A DNA stretch of 64,000 nt from Botryllus schlosseri (taxonomy: Eukaryota). Both the position numbers and the translations under genes were made by a program. The stretch lies in contig CM119383.1 of NCBI GenBank assembly GCA_051294905.1, positions 7,874,001-7,938,000 on the forward strand, given 5' to 3'. Positions 23,727 to 37,700 of this stretch are shown here, in pieces. Under the pieces are notes generated by a model. It ran no database searches. It had not been told where the DNA came from and saw only the letters and a program-made list of their open reading frames with translations. The first letter of the stretch is position 1. Each line of letters begins with the position of its first letter.

Positions 23727-25304
23727 CTATATAGTCCACTTTAAACACCTAGTCTCCTTGTGTGTGTTGAGACACTTCACACTGCAGTATCGTGCACCAC
23801 ATGAAATGCAGGTGTAATTTGATAACAGGCCGCAAACTGCACAGAAGCGGCGAATTGGAAATCTGAAGAAAAGTTTATTTTTCTTATTGATGCCACCACA
23901 TTTAAACTATTCTTGCATACTTAGACTGGGGAGCTACCGCACCAAAGTAATTTGGTTTTGTTTTATCCTTATCTTGCAAGCGAATTCTTTCTTCATCCAG
24001 TAAAGCCGAGAAGTTTTTTCGATATATTTGTTTTTGAAATTCGCCTCTTGTCTTCTTCTTTTTCTTTGTTACCTGTTTGAGAAAAAAGGAATACTTACAT
24101 ACCGTAGAATGTGCTATTAGTGAAATCACAATCACTTCAGATTTCAAAATTTGTATAATTTATATGAATAATTGTTATATACCGTACCGTTTCGCTATCC
24201 TCTATTTCATCATCTGAGGCAATACCAAACTTTGGTCGTTTCCTTTTGGAATCGGAGTATGCGGAGTGTGGATCTTCCTGTAATAATACGTATCACTGAT
24301 TATGTACTCGGAAATCACAGAAAGCATCAAGTTCGTTGCCATTGTAGTTGTACATCACACACTGGAACTGTAGAGTTTACTCTAAAACAGTGGTTCCAAA
24401 CCTTGAATTGAAACATAAAAATAGGCCTACTTATAACCAACATTTCAAAGCATGTAGCCATTGCAGCCTGCCTTAGGATCTCACCATCCGGCTAATTCAA
24501 AAGCATGCATATCAACTTCTATAGATTCCATATCGGTTATTTTACCGTTGATAGACACGAATTGGCAAATGCTAATACTCATTGAAACAAACGACTAGAG
24601 CGTATATATGCGATAAATATTCAGACATATAAGTTTGCAGGGGGGGATATACATTCATTTGTATGGGCATGTGCTCTTCAGTTTACAGAAATATTATATA
24701 AAGGTCTAAGACCAGTATAAATCAAGATATATTCGTCATGTGACATATATTTGTCATATACGGTAGCATGCTCGATGCTGCCCCTACTGGAATCTCGGTT
24801 CGTTTTGCCTGATATATCAGGTGAGCAGCGATGATTCTCCAAGTTGAAGTAATTTAATAAGAAATAATATAAAAATGAAACGTAGTGTGAGCACAGGACA
24901 CCGATTCCATACAGGGATGCTGCCAGCTCAGCTGGCCCAGCTGGAACTCTATTCCCGGTTTTCAGATGCGGCATTTGCTTGTAGAAAAATTGACGTGAAC
25001 TATAATATAGAAACAAACATCAACTGTCTATGACCATACACGGTATTCTTGCAGGATTTTCAGTGGTAAATGAGAGCCGTAAAACGGCTAGTTTGGAGCA
25101 GCACTGGTCGGGGTCGTAAAGGAAAACGTAATTTCGTAAACGTGAATTTCTCAGTTGAGTTACCTGGAAGTTATCTTTTTCCAGTGATTCTAACTGCCTG
25201 TTAAGGCGACGTATTCGTGTGGCACTATCTAATATCCGACGTGATCCGCCTTCTTGTAGCCTTGACGATTCTCGGCGAGTAACTCCCTCCACACCAGGCG
25301 CCAT
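23727..25304 (-). CDS. ZNHIT1: Zinc finger HIT domain protein 1 (Vps71/Swc6; SRCAP/SWR1 subunit), 172 aa
   Basis: Exons 25304-25164, 24277-24188, 24072-23921, 23862-23727 (519 nt). RRILD...RRLNRQLESLEKDNFQEDPH, KKKKKTRGE...RKNFSALLDEE, zf-HIT RRFCAVCGLLSNYTCISCGARYCSVKCLNTHKETRCLKWTI*. Confidence 0.97.
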
Positions 25305-25703
25305 CTGTATCAACAAACAAAATTGCCGCCGCAATGCCCATCCAACTCACTTTCCATATGCATAACATGTCGTCATTCAAGCGGTTCTTCCTAGTCAGTG
25401 GTTGGGGAATATTCTATTTACAAGAACCATAACTCATGTAATCATCAGTACAACAGTTCTGATAAATTTGCATAAATCTAATACTACGGCATTGCGCAAA
25501 GAAAGACAAAAGTAGACGATTTAAAACCATGCACATACTCGTAGTATTACAAAATACGATCGTCACGCGCCAATTACTTATGCAAGATCTCACGTCCATC
25601 GTCAACACGGAGATTCAAGCGAAGTTCTGTCAACGACTACGAGACGACGTTATAGGTTTAGTGTGGGGATTGCATTACGCGTTTAGCCTAACTGGGTGTA
25701 AAA
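25305..25703. promoter_or_regulatory. Putative bidirectional promoter shared by ZNHIT1 and GNPTAB
   Basis: The two ATGs are head-to-head and only 399 bp apart. No specific elements were identified. Confidence 0.6.
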
Positions 25704-28700
25704 ATGAGGAAGAGCATTTTCTTCAAGTTGTTGCAGAGGCATACGTATACCTGCTTGTCACACCAATATGGAATATATTTCGCTTTTGCTGGGATAGTCG
25801 TTGTTTTGTATTCGATGTTCCAGTTTGGGGAGGTGAGTCACTTGAATTATATACAATGCATTTCGTAGAACCGGTGTCAATATTACGGAGCTAAATGAAT
25901 GCATCGCTAGATTTATGTAAGTATTATATAGTATTGAGTTGACAATATCAAATTAAAGACTATAGGCTAACTATGTTAGCCCTATGTTAGAATGTACTTT
26001 TGGCGTTTTAAAATCTCGACGTCTATTAATTGCATCTGATTGTACCAAATACACAAGTAGAAGTAGCAATTTCCCAGACCTATCAAAACTACTTTTAGTG
26101 GAAGATGGAAATTAAGCTCGAAAAACTACTATTTTTAGAGTAATTAATTTCATAAAGTAGATTTGGTGGAGGGGTCAGTGGGGTCACATAATTTTAGCAG
26201 TCAATCGACCGTAGCAACTTTTGAAATTGCTAGATGCAAAATGGGATTTATGAAATTAGAAATAGCTGCGATATCCGAAAATTAATTCCGTTACAGCGGT
26301 AGGCTCGTAGGCATATCGTGATGTAACAATTAAAAAACTTGGTAGGCCTACTTTACAAAATCCAAAGTCTTCAAAGTAAGGTATCAACTTGACTACCGAA
26401 AGTAGTCTAAAATCATAATCACTTGAGTAAGTTGGCAAAACCTACTCAAGTAGCCTACTTGGAAAAAGTATCAGTTTTACTGACCACGTAGGGGTGCTAC
26501 ATTGTATGTTACATGTAACATTACAGTAGGACTAAGGCAGTGGTTCCCAACCTTTTTTCACCCACGTACCATTTCAAGGTTTTATGCACTGCTCGCGTAC
26601 CGCCTGCACAAGCTACACGCGCCGAAGGCGGTCAAAAATGTTTCCATTGTGTTGAGCTGCTGAACGCTGCGAAACAGAAAATAAACGGGCCATTTTAAGG
26701 CGTAGTATATGATTTCTGTTGTGGATCCATCTGGAATTCTTGTGGTCAAATATATTAAAACCGAATTTGGTTGGGTAAGAATCCCAATGCATTACGACTA
26801 GATCTCTTCTCCATATCCACGACGACAGCTTAAAAAACTCAAAATCAACCCCACCCGAACTAATAATTTCCTTCGGTCCAAAAAGAATCTACTCGCATAC
26901 CACAGGTTGGGAACCACTGGACTAAAAAGTAAAGGACATTTCCTCAAAATACCGATTTTTTGAATATTTCCCAGGAGCTGCTGGAATGGAGTCAAACTCA
27001 ATATGAATCCGTATTCAGTCTCTATCACGACAACATCGCGGGACGTACGTTTCAAGCGGCGATAGGCGCCCCAATTCCAATAGACATTGTCTACACTTGG
27101 GTCAACGGATCGGACCCTGTTTTAATGAAGCAATTGAATGAGCTGAAATTTGAACTGAATGCCAATAGCGAGGAAAGTGACTCAAAATCTCCGGAGATAT
27201 TTCCGCATTGCTCTCACCCGGATTGTTTTTCGTTGCCGTGTTTTGCCATGCATCCGAGCATGCAGTACAGTTTTACGGTTGAAAACGCGAAACAGAGTAT
27301 TGAAGAGCTTTCTGAGGCCCAATGGCTGGAACATATAAAAGTTTCCAAGGGATTTGTTGGAGATACCAGATCGAATGTAACGTTGTTTCGGTGAGTAGAT
27401 GGCTATAGTGAGTACTAATTCAGAATTGTATCTGCGATATGACTAGTAAATATTGCTGATACTGCAATTTACCATAATGTAATATATTTGATAACAATAA
27501 CAAGGTTGTTACCATCGAAATACAGACCTGAAACAATTGTCAAATCTTGATGTTTGACATTAAATTGCGGCCAGTAAGTGTTTATTATTGGACTTTTCCT
27601 TGTCCATGCACCTATTATTTTACTTTAATTTTAACATATTTCTCCTAGATTTAGGCCTACATCTAATAGAATTTTGTGTGGTGCATTTCTCTCTCTCCTT
27701 CTTCGGATTCTCCGATAACCATATAGAATCCTACCAAACTACTGCATTTTCACTCATTCATTCCTCTATCCCAGGTTTCAAGATAAAGAAAAGGTTTCAG
27801 AAGCGATAAAGTCTATGAGACAAAGACAAGACAATCATACCTTAATACCCACTTTCATAACGACAGCAAATTATGTTCGAAAGTCGTCGGCGCTGAAGAA
27901 AGCAATCGTTTTGAAAGGGATTCCTGACAAATTAGACTCGGACGATTTGAAAGAGAAGCTACCTGATAATATTAAATCTGCAACCGAATGGATTTATGTG
28001 GCTCCTGGCCAAAATCTTGCTCTCGTGTGGACCAGCGGTCAGTACTCAGTTGATTTATAGATAATTTGTAGATCAAATATTTTTATTCAGTCGTGTTTAC
28101 AAGTAATTGACACAAAATTTGGTGCACATAGGATGTAAATACTATATTATCGCAGTATTCTGAATGTATGAGGTTCATGGGTCAACACAGGATTTACAGC
28201 ATGTATAATTTGTTTAGATTCTGGACTGGTCGATAAGATTCTTGATCCTAAGGACAACACCACACTTTCATTTTTTGGAATTGGATCGAATATGGTGAAT
28301 GTGTTACCAGCTCGTATTGTGGTGAATCTGCCAGAGGAAGATCACGGAGATTTGGCCAGGAGTCGATTTGAAGATAATGAAGAATTGAGGTGTGTGTCAA
28401 ATTTTAATAGCACAGGTTTACACCGAGTTGCCAAGCGATTATTTTGAAGTGTGATATTAGGCCTATGTCGTTGCAGTTCTAAAGCTGGGTAGGCCTGTGT
28501 CTCCAAATATTCCGCAATATTTGTATCAACAAAATTAACAGATAGACCCAACAGCTATTTTAGATATGGTTTTCATTACTGCACAATAGAAAATGCAGGA
28601 AGTCATCATCACTTGGCATGTTGATCATGCTACACTACAAGCTATGATGTCTAGCACAGTGGTTCTCAACCTTTTTGTCTTCGCGGACCCCTTTCGGAAC

Positions 28701-31700
28701 GTCACAGACCCCGCGGACCCCCACGAAGTTTTACTTCAAATTTAGCTCAATCATTGTGCAATTGTCATCTCTGTCTTGTGTAAATGATTACTGTAGGCAT
28801 AGTGATAAACAGTAACAAAATGACTTTTCGTGCAAATAAGATCATACTATTCATGTGGAACTAGGGTTGACTTCTATTATCTCAAATTTCTGCAACTGCA
28901 TTTCTTGAAATATACGTGGTCGTGTCTTGAAAATCGGTGCCTTCTATTTGATGTGAACGAGTGCTGAAAATCCATTTTCACAAATATATGTGCTGGCGAA
29001 TGTAATAATAGCGCATAACGCTTCCGACGACGCATATGGGTATAATCGTAACAAATATAGCACCAAAATTGACAGATGAATATATAACATTAAGCCTGGT
29101 CTTTTCTATCTAGCATTCTAGCAGCTTATCTTGAAGTTATCATTGAAAAATGGTTATGTATATCACAGGAGAAAAACAATTTTTGTAAACATATGGAAGT
29201 CGCCGTGATTGACCTTACTCATCCAACTTTTTTTCACAATTCCCAAGATAACATTTCTAAACACCAAAATGTTTGTATCAGTAGGCTATTGGCAATTAAA
29301 ATGAGTCTGCACAGTGTAAGATATTTCATCTCAGATGGCCATTCTGTTAATATGAGCTCTGGAGTTTTACTAGTAATGAAGTGAAACTGCCTCGTGATCT
29401 TCTCAATTTAAAACAAAATTAGGTTATCAATTATTACCCCCTGAAAATGCTTCGCGGACCACCAGGGGTCCGCGGACCCCCGGTTGAGAACCGCTGGTCT
29501 AGCACATATCTGATTCCAGACTCTGTACTAACAGGATAGGCTAGTATTTGTGGCGTGCAAATGTGGAAATTGTGGAAATTGCTCAAAATGTCTCTATTTA
29601 TTATTTTTTGTACGACAGGTATTCGTTACGATCAGTTGAGAAATTTGCTCCTTGGGTACGAAAAGTATTCATTGTCACAAACGGGCAGATCCCCTACTGG
29701 CTGAATCTGGACAATCTGAGAATCAATGTGGTATGATGTACCAATTACTGCTATTCTTTTACTTGATGCTACTTTATGGATATGACTGTTGAAGCAATTG
29801 CTCCTTCCCATACTGGTAGCAGAATATGTGTCTTCCTCTCTATTTCAATCACGCTTACTTCAGCTGCCATGTATTCCAATTCTGTTGAACTATTCACAAT
29901 CACTATTCATCAAGTGGTGATCGAACCTCACAATGGTCACAAAGTGCTAAGAAATAGTCATTGCCCGTACATATTCTACTTTCAAAGTCATATCAATGAT
30001 ATAATAGGCGAGGCTCCAGTACTGCACTCCAGGGTTGTAATGACTCGACTCGAGTCACGATTTTCTAGTGACTCAACTTGACTCGGGTCATTTTTTCTAA
30101 TGTGTAAAATGACTCTACTCTAGTCAATTATTGTATTGACTCGACTTGTCCTCGAGTCATTGTGCATGACTCGAACCAAGTCAAGTGACTCGACACTAGG
30201 ACTCACTGACTTGGACTCGGACTTGACTCGGTGGTGAATTGAAAATGCCTCGACTTGACTCGATTCAAAACTATAAAAGTGAGATTGACTTGTGACTTGG
30301 TGACAACCCTGGCCCTATTTCTGAAATATTACTGTTCCACGGAGAATATAAATACTTTTGAGACTTGAAACTTGTATGGTAAGCGTATAGGGAATAAGAA
30401 CACATAGCAATATAATACTCTTTTAGGTAACGCACGACGACATATTCGTGAACAAAAGTCACCTGCCCACATTCAGCTCGCCAGCCATCGAATCTCATAT
30501 ACATAGGATACAAGGTTTGGCTCAAAAATTCATCTACATGAACGACGATGTGATGTTTGGTAGAGAGGTAAGGGACATGTGAAGGCTGCTTGTGGTGTTA
30601 TTTCATTGCTTGCAATCCGACAGGTGTGGCCTGACGATTTCTACACTCATAGTTTCGGGCAGAAGGTCTATCTCACTTGGCCGGTGCCTAATTGTGCAGA
30701 CGGATGCTCTCCGAGTTGGATTAAAGACGGATTTTGTGATTCGGCTTGTAACGTATCTCAGTGCAGCTGGGATGGCGGGGATTGTGTCGGTGAGAATTTC
30801 AAGTTGAAGGTTATTGATACAATTGTGCTGGTATTTCTTTATTGGTTCTGTCGATGGTACTTGAGTGTGTGAAAAAGTTGCACTGGTCAATCAAAAGTGC
30901 ATCTCAAGTCTGCGTTAAGAGCGTTCGATATGCGTCCTTTCGTTCAAGGATTGGGTTGTAGTGGCGTGCGGTCTAATTGAAATGTTAAAGAGTCTGTAAT
31001 CCTGTGTTAAGTGGGCTAATGCGGGTATGTTCTTTCAGGGGATAACGTTCGTCCAGGTGTGGGTGTTGCTGGAGGCGGGTACAGCTTCACTCCGTCACAG
31101 TATTGTTACAGTGGATGCGCAGACTCTTGGCTTTCTGATAAATTTTGTGATCAGGTTTGGTAGAGTCAATAATTTGTTTTTCCTGTAAATCACAATATCT
31201 CAATGCCTATTTCGCAGTCCTGCAATAAAATCGAGTGCGGATTCGACGCTGGAGATTGCGGCAGAAGCAATTTTGATCAAATCTACAAAATTCAGTTCAA
31301 GATGGTGAACGGATCTCTTTATAAGATACCTCCCGGAATAAAAAATGCGTACATTGACCTGTCAAAGGTTGGTGTTGTAATTCTGGTTTGTGAGATGCAG
31401 TTACGCTGTGCATTTGTGCTTCATGACTAAATGTAAATCTGGTTTTCTGAACGCAATATCATCTGTGTTGAAGACCCCTGTTGGTCATTATAAAATCATA
31501 TTCTGCAGTACTTGAGTTCTTAATACTTTGAGAAGCATACCAAAGCTCTATCAATTAGAAATTCAACACGAAATATACTGAGAATGTACTAAAAAGCAGT
31601 GTGGGTGTCTAGTCGATGCAAGATTTATAAACATTTTTCGACTAAAGCAATGCCAAATTTCAAATTTCGAAATTTCAATTTATCATTCAATTCAAGTTAG

Positions 31701-34700
31701 TTTGAAGTCGCTGGATATTTTCGGTTTGATTAGTGCACATGTTACTAGAAAAAGCTTGCCGCGAACTTCGACATCATTTTACAGCATTTCAAGAAAGTCA
31801 CAGCTGCCGAATACGAAAAAGACTCGTCTATTCGAACAGCGGCAGTGTCTAATAAATACAACGTGACGACCTTGGTGTATAAATGGAACGGAAATTTTTC
31901 ACACATCAAAGTGTCTCTTACGGGCCACCCTAGCTCGTCGTCGTCGCTGTTTAGAAAAGGAGAGACTGGGGACGACGAATTGATCACAATCTGGTTCAAC
32001 GTGACGGCTCATCCGTCCGCAAACGCCACCGTTAACGTGACGGAATTAAACGAGTCAAACGCCGAATCTGAAGTTAAACAACCTTTCAATGACATGGTGA
32101 AGCGAAAAAAAGAAGACGACGATTATTTCCGGATTCTTTCATTCCCGGAAGATATGAAGCGTCCCAAAATTCATCGGCAGATCACAGACAAAGTTAAGCC
32201 CGATTTCGATATTCTGAGATTGTTTGATGTGACGGTTTTGCCCGCGGAAGTCCAAAAGGAACTTCACGATTTGGATATGAAATTGAAGAATGATATAATC
32301 ACCCAATCTGGTTACAGCAAATTGAGGGCAAAGCTACTGACGCCCTACATTGACATAATCAAAGCGCAGCCGCTTCAATCGACCGTATTGAATGAAAAGA
32401 TTATCGCTCTAAAATTCAGCACGAACACACCACAGACACCCAAAAGTACGAGTACTGAAAAGATTTTGAACAATAAACAGCCGGCAGATGTCGCAAGCGA
32501 TTTGTCAGAGAACAGTCACCAACACAAGAAAGGCGACCCTGGAGAGAAAGCGCTTCCGCAACACGAAGATAAGCGGCATGAATTGCAAAGGTGGGTTTTG
32601 AATGGAATTGATTTGTTTGGAAGTGAGAACAGTAGCAGTGGTTACACACTCAGTCGAAACACACGACTGGGTGTGTCTGGTCACGAAAGAAGTAGCTCTA
32701 GTTCAGGGTTGTAATGACTCGAGTCAAGATTTTCTGATGACTTGACTTGACTCGAGTCATTTTCTCAAAACACGGAAACGACTTGACTCGACACGAGTCA
32801 ATCTGTGTATTGACTCGGCTTGGACTCTCGAGTCATTGCGCATGACTCCAACCAAGTCATATGACTCGAGCCTCAGACAGCCAAGACCGAAATTTCATTG
32901 TAATTTCGAAGAGAAGAAAATTAACCGCACTCTTGGGATTTCGTCTATTGGTACCGGTTCTTGAAAAAGCGACCAGAAACTGCTAAAAGTGAGGAAAATT
33001 AGTATATTATAAATTCGAACCATTCGATACCAGCAAACAGAGTTATAAAAAGTGGGTTTAACAAAACTTCAACTGGAAACTGAGCAGTCAACAAAATGAC
33101 TTGGACTCGGACTCGAGTCATAATACCATGACTTGGACTCGGCCCTCTGCTCGATGACTTGGATTTGGACTTGACTCGATGGTGAAGTGAAAATGACTCG
33201 ACTTGACTCGGGTCAAAACTATAAAAGTGAGATTGCCATGTGACTTGGTTACAACCCTGCTCTAGTTTTTTAAAGTACCCAAGTAGATTTTGCCTAGTTG
33301 TGCTACTTCCTAAAGTGTTTATGATTTTAAGCTACTTCCACAGTGTTCAGTGTTTTGTACAAACCTGAACCTAGAATACTTACTTGCCATCACTACTTCT
33401 ACTTTTGCTTAAGTAGAAATTTACATCATTGTTTTTACTTCTACTCGGTACCAACGGTATCTTGGTCACGTCTGCGCTACACTAACTACACTCTGGTTGA
33501 TGCGGCTCGCTACTATAACCACATTAATCGAGTGACTTGCCGGGCGGAATGAGCGCTAGCCTGCTTTGTTCCTGACAGGCTTTTGTCTATTTTAGGAAAC
33601 AAGACAAGGTTGGAAACGTCGACAATCCGTTTTATCGGTTTATAAAGAAAAAACAAAACAAGTCGCAGTCGATTAAAGAAGGTAAGGAGTGTTACTCCAC
33701 GTTGCTTGAATTACATTGGGCAATATAACCGACAGGATAGCGTAATGATGAAGGGTCCAGCTTCTCGATTAGTAAAACTGGTATCCATGACTTTTGGCGG
33801 TCAGCATATCCGGGACAGCATGAACGGGTGGTGCAAGACGTAAAAAGTCCTACAAAGTTATATCTGCACCTTACTTGTCCAGCGGCATATGCACATCATG
33901 TACTCGTGGTATGATCGTTACAGATCGTGTGTTTGTGTATGTATGTCATCAGTCGGTGTATATGCCGCAAAAACATTAAGGACAAAGATATCCTACTCTT
34001 ATATATACAACTGTAAATGGCTGGATTATGTTTTGAATCGAAAAAATACACGAGTCATTTAAAATGTAGGTTTCGAATCGCATCTGAATTCAAGTGTACA
34101 CGTCTTATTTGATCCTGTTTTGATCATCACGAAATTCTTTTTGTGAAGTCACGATACTTAATCGAATCTCCATGTCTCTGACAAACCTTCAATTTCGATC
34201 ACCTGAGTGTCCAATTATAGTGGGTCTAAGTTATTTGCTGAGTTCTCGTCGATACGTTCCTGAATTTCCGCAGGACTACCGCGAGGCTTATTCTGTTTCA
34301 TTCAGACAACTACAACGGTAGAAAGCTTCTTTGGCTCAAGAGCGACGAGACCGACGGCGTCGATGAGATATTGGCGAATCAACCGAAAAAATCGGAAGGA
34401 AATGCCGGGTTTCTTCCGTGGGAGCAACTTGGTCGGTTTGATGCTTTTGTGAAAGAAGTGGAAGAGACGGAGAAGCGGGAGCAACTCAAAATGCGGTGAG
34501 AATCCCTACATTACTGGAGGCGGTCAAAGTAGCCAGTGTTTGAAGTAGAAGTGACGGTGTAAAGTTCTACTCGTGTGCAAGTAGAACTAGCGATGTTCAA
34601 GACCTGTTAACACAGCTTTGAGTGGAAGTAGTAAGTGAAGATGTGAAAAGTACGGAAGGAAGTAGTTCAAAGATTTGGTCGCGGGGTGGCATTCTTTCAT

Positions 34701-37700
34701 CAGTGAATCTGAGGCGGCTACTCTCTAAATTTGCAAGGTCTTTGTGCCTAACGCAAAATGAATAATGACATGTTATGACATGACAATGAAGTTTTGCAAA
34801 ATCCAAAGTACGTTTACGGAAAAAATGGTTAAGTAAAATTTTAAATAGTTTAAAATGCACGGCGTGCTCACTGCTCTGAAACAGTAGAAGTACTTCGCTA
34901 CTGACCATCTCTGGTACCGATATGCACTTGTTCATTTACTATTTAACAGGTATCAAATTGATTCGCGGCACGCCGGGCAGAGACGTCTGTTAGACACATT
35001 CGCCGACTCGTTGCGGTTTGTCAGCAATCTCTACAACCGCGATTTTGGGTACACACAGCGTAAAGTACCGGCTCACATGCCCCATTTCATCGACAGGTAA
35101 TCGTTGAGGACTTTCATTGCGGTGCTTCAATAGCAGCGCTGTTTTGTTCAGAGATATCATGTACGAACTGCAAGCGAGATATCCCAGGGAATATGACGTG
35201 ACTTCGTCGCATAAGCTTCGACATTCGCAGGTAAGATGCCGCAACACATAGCAGGATTTTATATATGAGTCTTTTTAGTCATTAAGTTGTGGTTTGTTTA
35301 ATTGGCAAGAGTTAGATGCGGTGTGAGATATTGACCGGGTAGACACGCGAGTCTACCTTGGATGTAAGTTACACAATTTTGTGCGACATTCAGATCAAAC
35401 TAGTGATATACTCAAACCAATGTGTGGTCCAAGGTAAAAACAGTTGCAATCAACACTGCTGCAGATGTATTGACAATAACAAAGTTAACTACCTAATTCA
35501 TGTGTGATACGTGATTTTACCCGGATTTTTCTCAAGCCGCTCAATTGCACTTAAAAGTGATCGTCGGAGCATGCTGTTATCAATATGTTCATTGATTTCT
35601 GACTATGTTGGGATGATGCGACTCAAATTGGAGTCGTTTTTCGAATCACCCGACTCGAGTCACTTTTGAAAATTTGCGCAACTCGGCCTCCTAGAATCGC
35701 AAGAGGAAGTCGTTATAAGAAGTACCTTGAGACTGAGCGTCGCCAACTTTTTTGTAGTTAATCGCCGGGGGATCAGTGTTAATATTGTAAGATCAACTCA
35801 ACTGGGTACTTCATTACTGACCACCTCTTGACTTTTAGGACATGCAATTTGCTTTTTCCTACGACTATTACATGATGAGCGTCATGGAGCCGGTGAATGC
35901 CATCAACGTTTTTCGTACCATGGATACCGATGATTCCGGAGTGCTGTCGGATCGAGAATTAAGGTTAGCCACGTTGATGTAATGATGTAGCAGTATTGCA
36001 ATCTGTGATTATGGTTTGGTAGATATCCTAAGGCTTTCGTTTCGGCCAATATGTAGGCTCTAACTGTGCTGTGAGAATCATATACAAGGCTTTTGTACAA
36101 ATGGTGCATGGAGATTTTTTCACTGCATCTGGTCATCTGGCTTTTCATCTCTTTACACCTGTGTCTTTTTCAGGCTGTTTGCTACTCGTACTCATGTGTT
36201 GCCGCTCACTCTACAGGAATTGACCGAAATGGAGGACAAATTGAAAGAGTGCGCATGGGAGTTGTACGGCCCTAAGGAGGTACAAACTAACCATCACGGG
36301 CAGATCCGTGATTGTAGCATTATTAAGGCATACGTAGACCACAATATATTTATGTTATAGCCAGCCGCCAAGCTCACTAAATCCAGTCACACCATGATAT
36401 CCATTACTACACTCGTAATTAGCACTCGCGATAATGATACTAATAAGTCGGTATTTACTTGGAAAGCATCTGGAAACCAATGAAAACCATTGTTTAGTTT
36501 GAAAGTTATGTCCTTCGAGTAAATGTGTAATTTTATTGCTATGGTGATACAATAATAGTAAACTTTCAATTATTTTCCTTTCGATAAGTGCATGATGCTT
36601 GTTTTCGGAGAGCAATTAACAAGATACAGTAACATATTTCTTTAGCAAGGGCTTTAGTGTGAGAAATTACTATTTTACGTCGGTCGAAATGCTGAAAATT
36701 TGTATTTTAGAGTGATGGAACACCTAAGAACGGTAGTAGGATTTTATCAGAACTGGACCAACCCCTCAACGACATCAAACCGTGGGCGTTAGAGGAAGAA
36801 TATTATGACAAAGAAATGCCCTTTGTCACCGAAGATCTCGTCGTGAATTGTCCGTTTATCATGGAGTTGATCAACAAGTCGTTCACGCCTAAAAATAAAT
36901 ACAAACACGAGGTTCGTAAATTTTATTTTCAGTCTAATGACCTTGTTGCGACTCGTATTTGATTCGGAAGGTTATGCCGGAGGACGAAATCACGTTTAAG
37001 ATGATCAGAAGCAACGTTTCTGTCGTTGTTGGTCAGCTGGACGACATCAGAAAGAATCCAAAGAAATTTATTTGTCTTAACGACAATATCGATCACGGCC
37101 AAGAGAAGTAAGTGCATCTGTACCGAATTCAGCTCAATTAGTGAATTTCACCATAGTATAAGGTTACCATATGTCTGGAATTTTAGTGTTCTGGAGGAAA
37201 ATGCTACAATATGCTTGAATATCCTGAATTTTCATCAATTGAATGCAATCCGAGTTTTTCGAGGTTGCCAGTTACCGTTTCTCCAACTTTTTCTCAAGTA
37301 TTCTCCATCAGCTATTCTGCTAAATCAGTGGAGATCACATGGACTGAAAAGGTGTAAATATTTATGGGGGACCAGAGTGACTCGATTGTCAATCTAGTAT
37401 TAGTCTTCGTGTCCAGTCGAGTATCATTCCCGGTGAAGTCAAAATGGTACGAATGATGTGAAAAGTTTAGATATGTACCTGTAGTCTACATATTGTGCGG
37501 CAACAAAGAGTTGTCATTTCTCAATCCAATGATTGATTACATAAATTTTTCAGCCGTACCTATTTGGGTGTACTTCGTGACAATGCTCTGCGTTTTGATC
37601 ACTACTTCACAGACAAGTTATTGCCACTAACGTGTGTGGCTCTTTATACTACAATTTTCGTATGTAGCGATGCGACCTATCGAGGTGTACTGTACTGCCT

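Noticed and set aside
25529-25894. 121-aa ORF at the GNPTAB 5' end
   Set aside because: Wrong frame. The recognisable GNPTAB N-terminus ([20 protein letters not shown]) starts at 25704 in another frame.
32591-32714. C-terminal part of ORF 31845-32714
   Set aside because: Run-on into the intron and MITE after the phase-2 donor at 32590, which matches the next exon at 33596.
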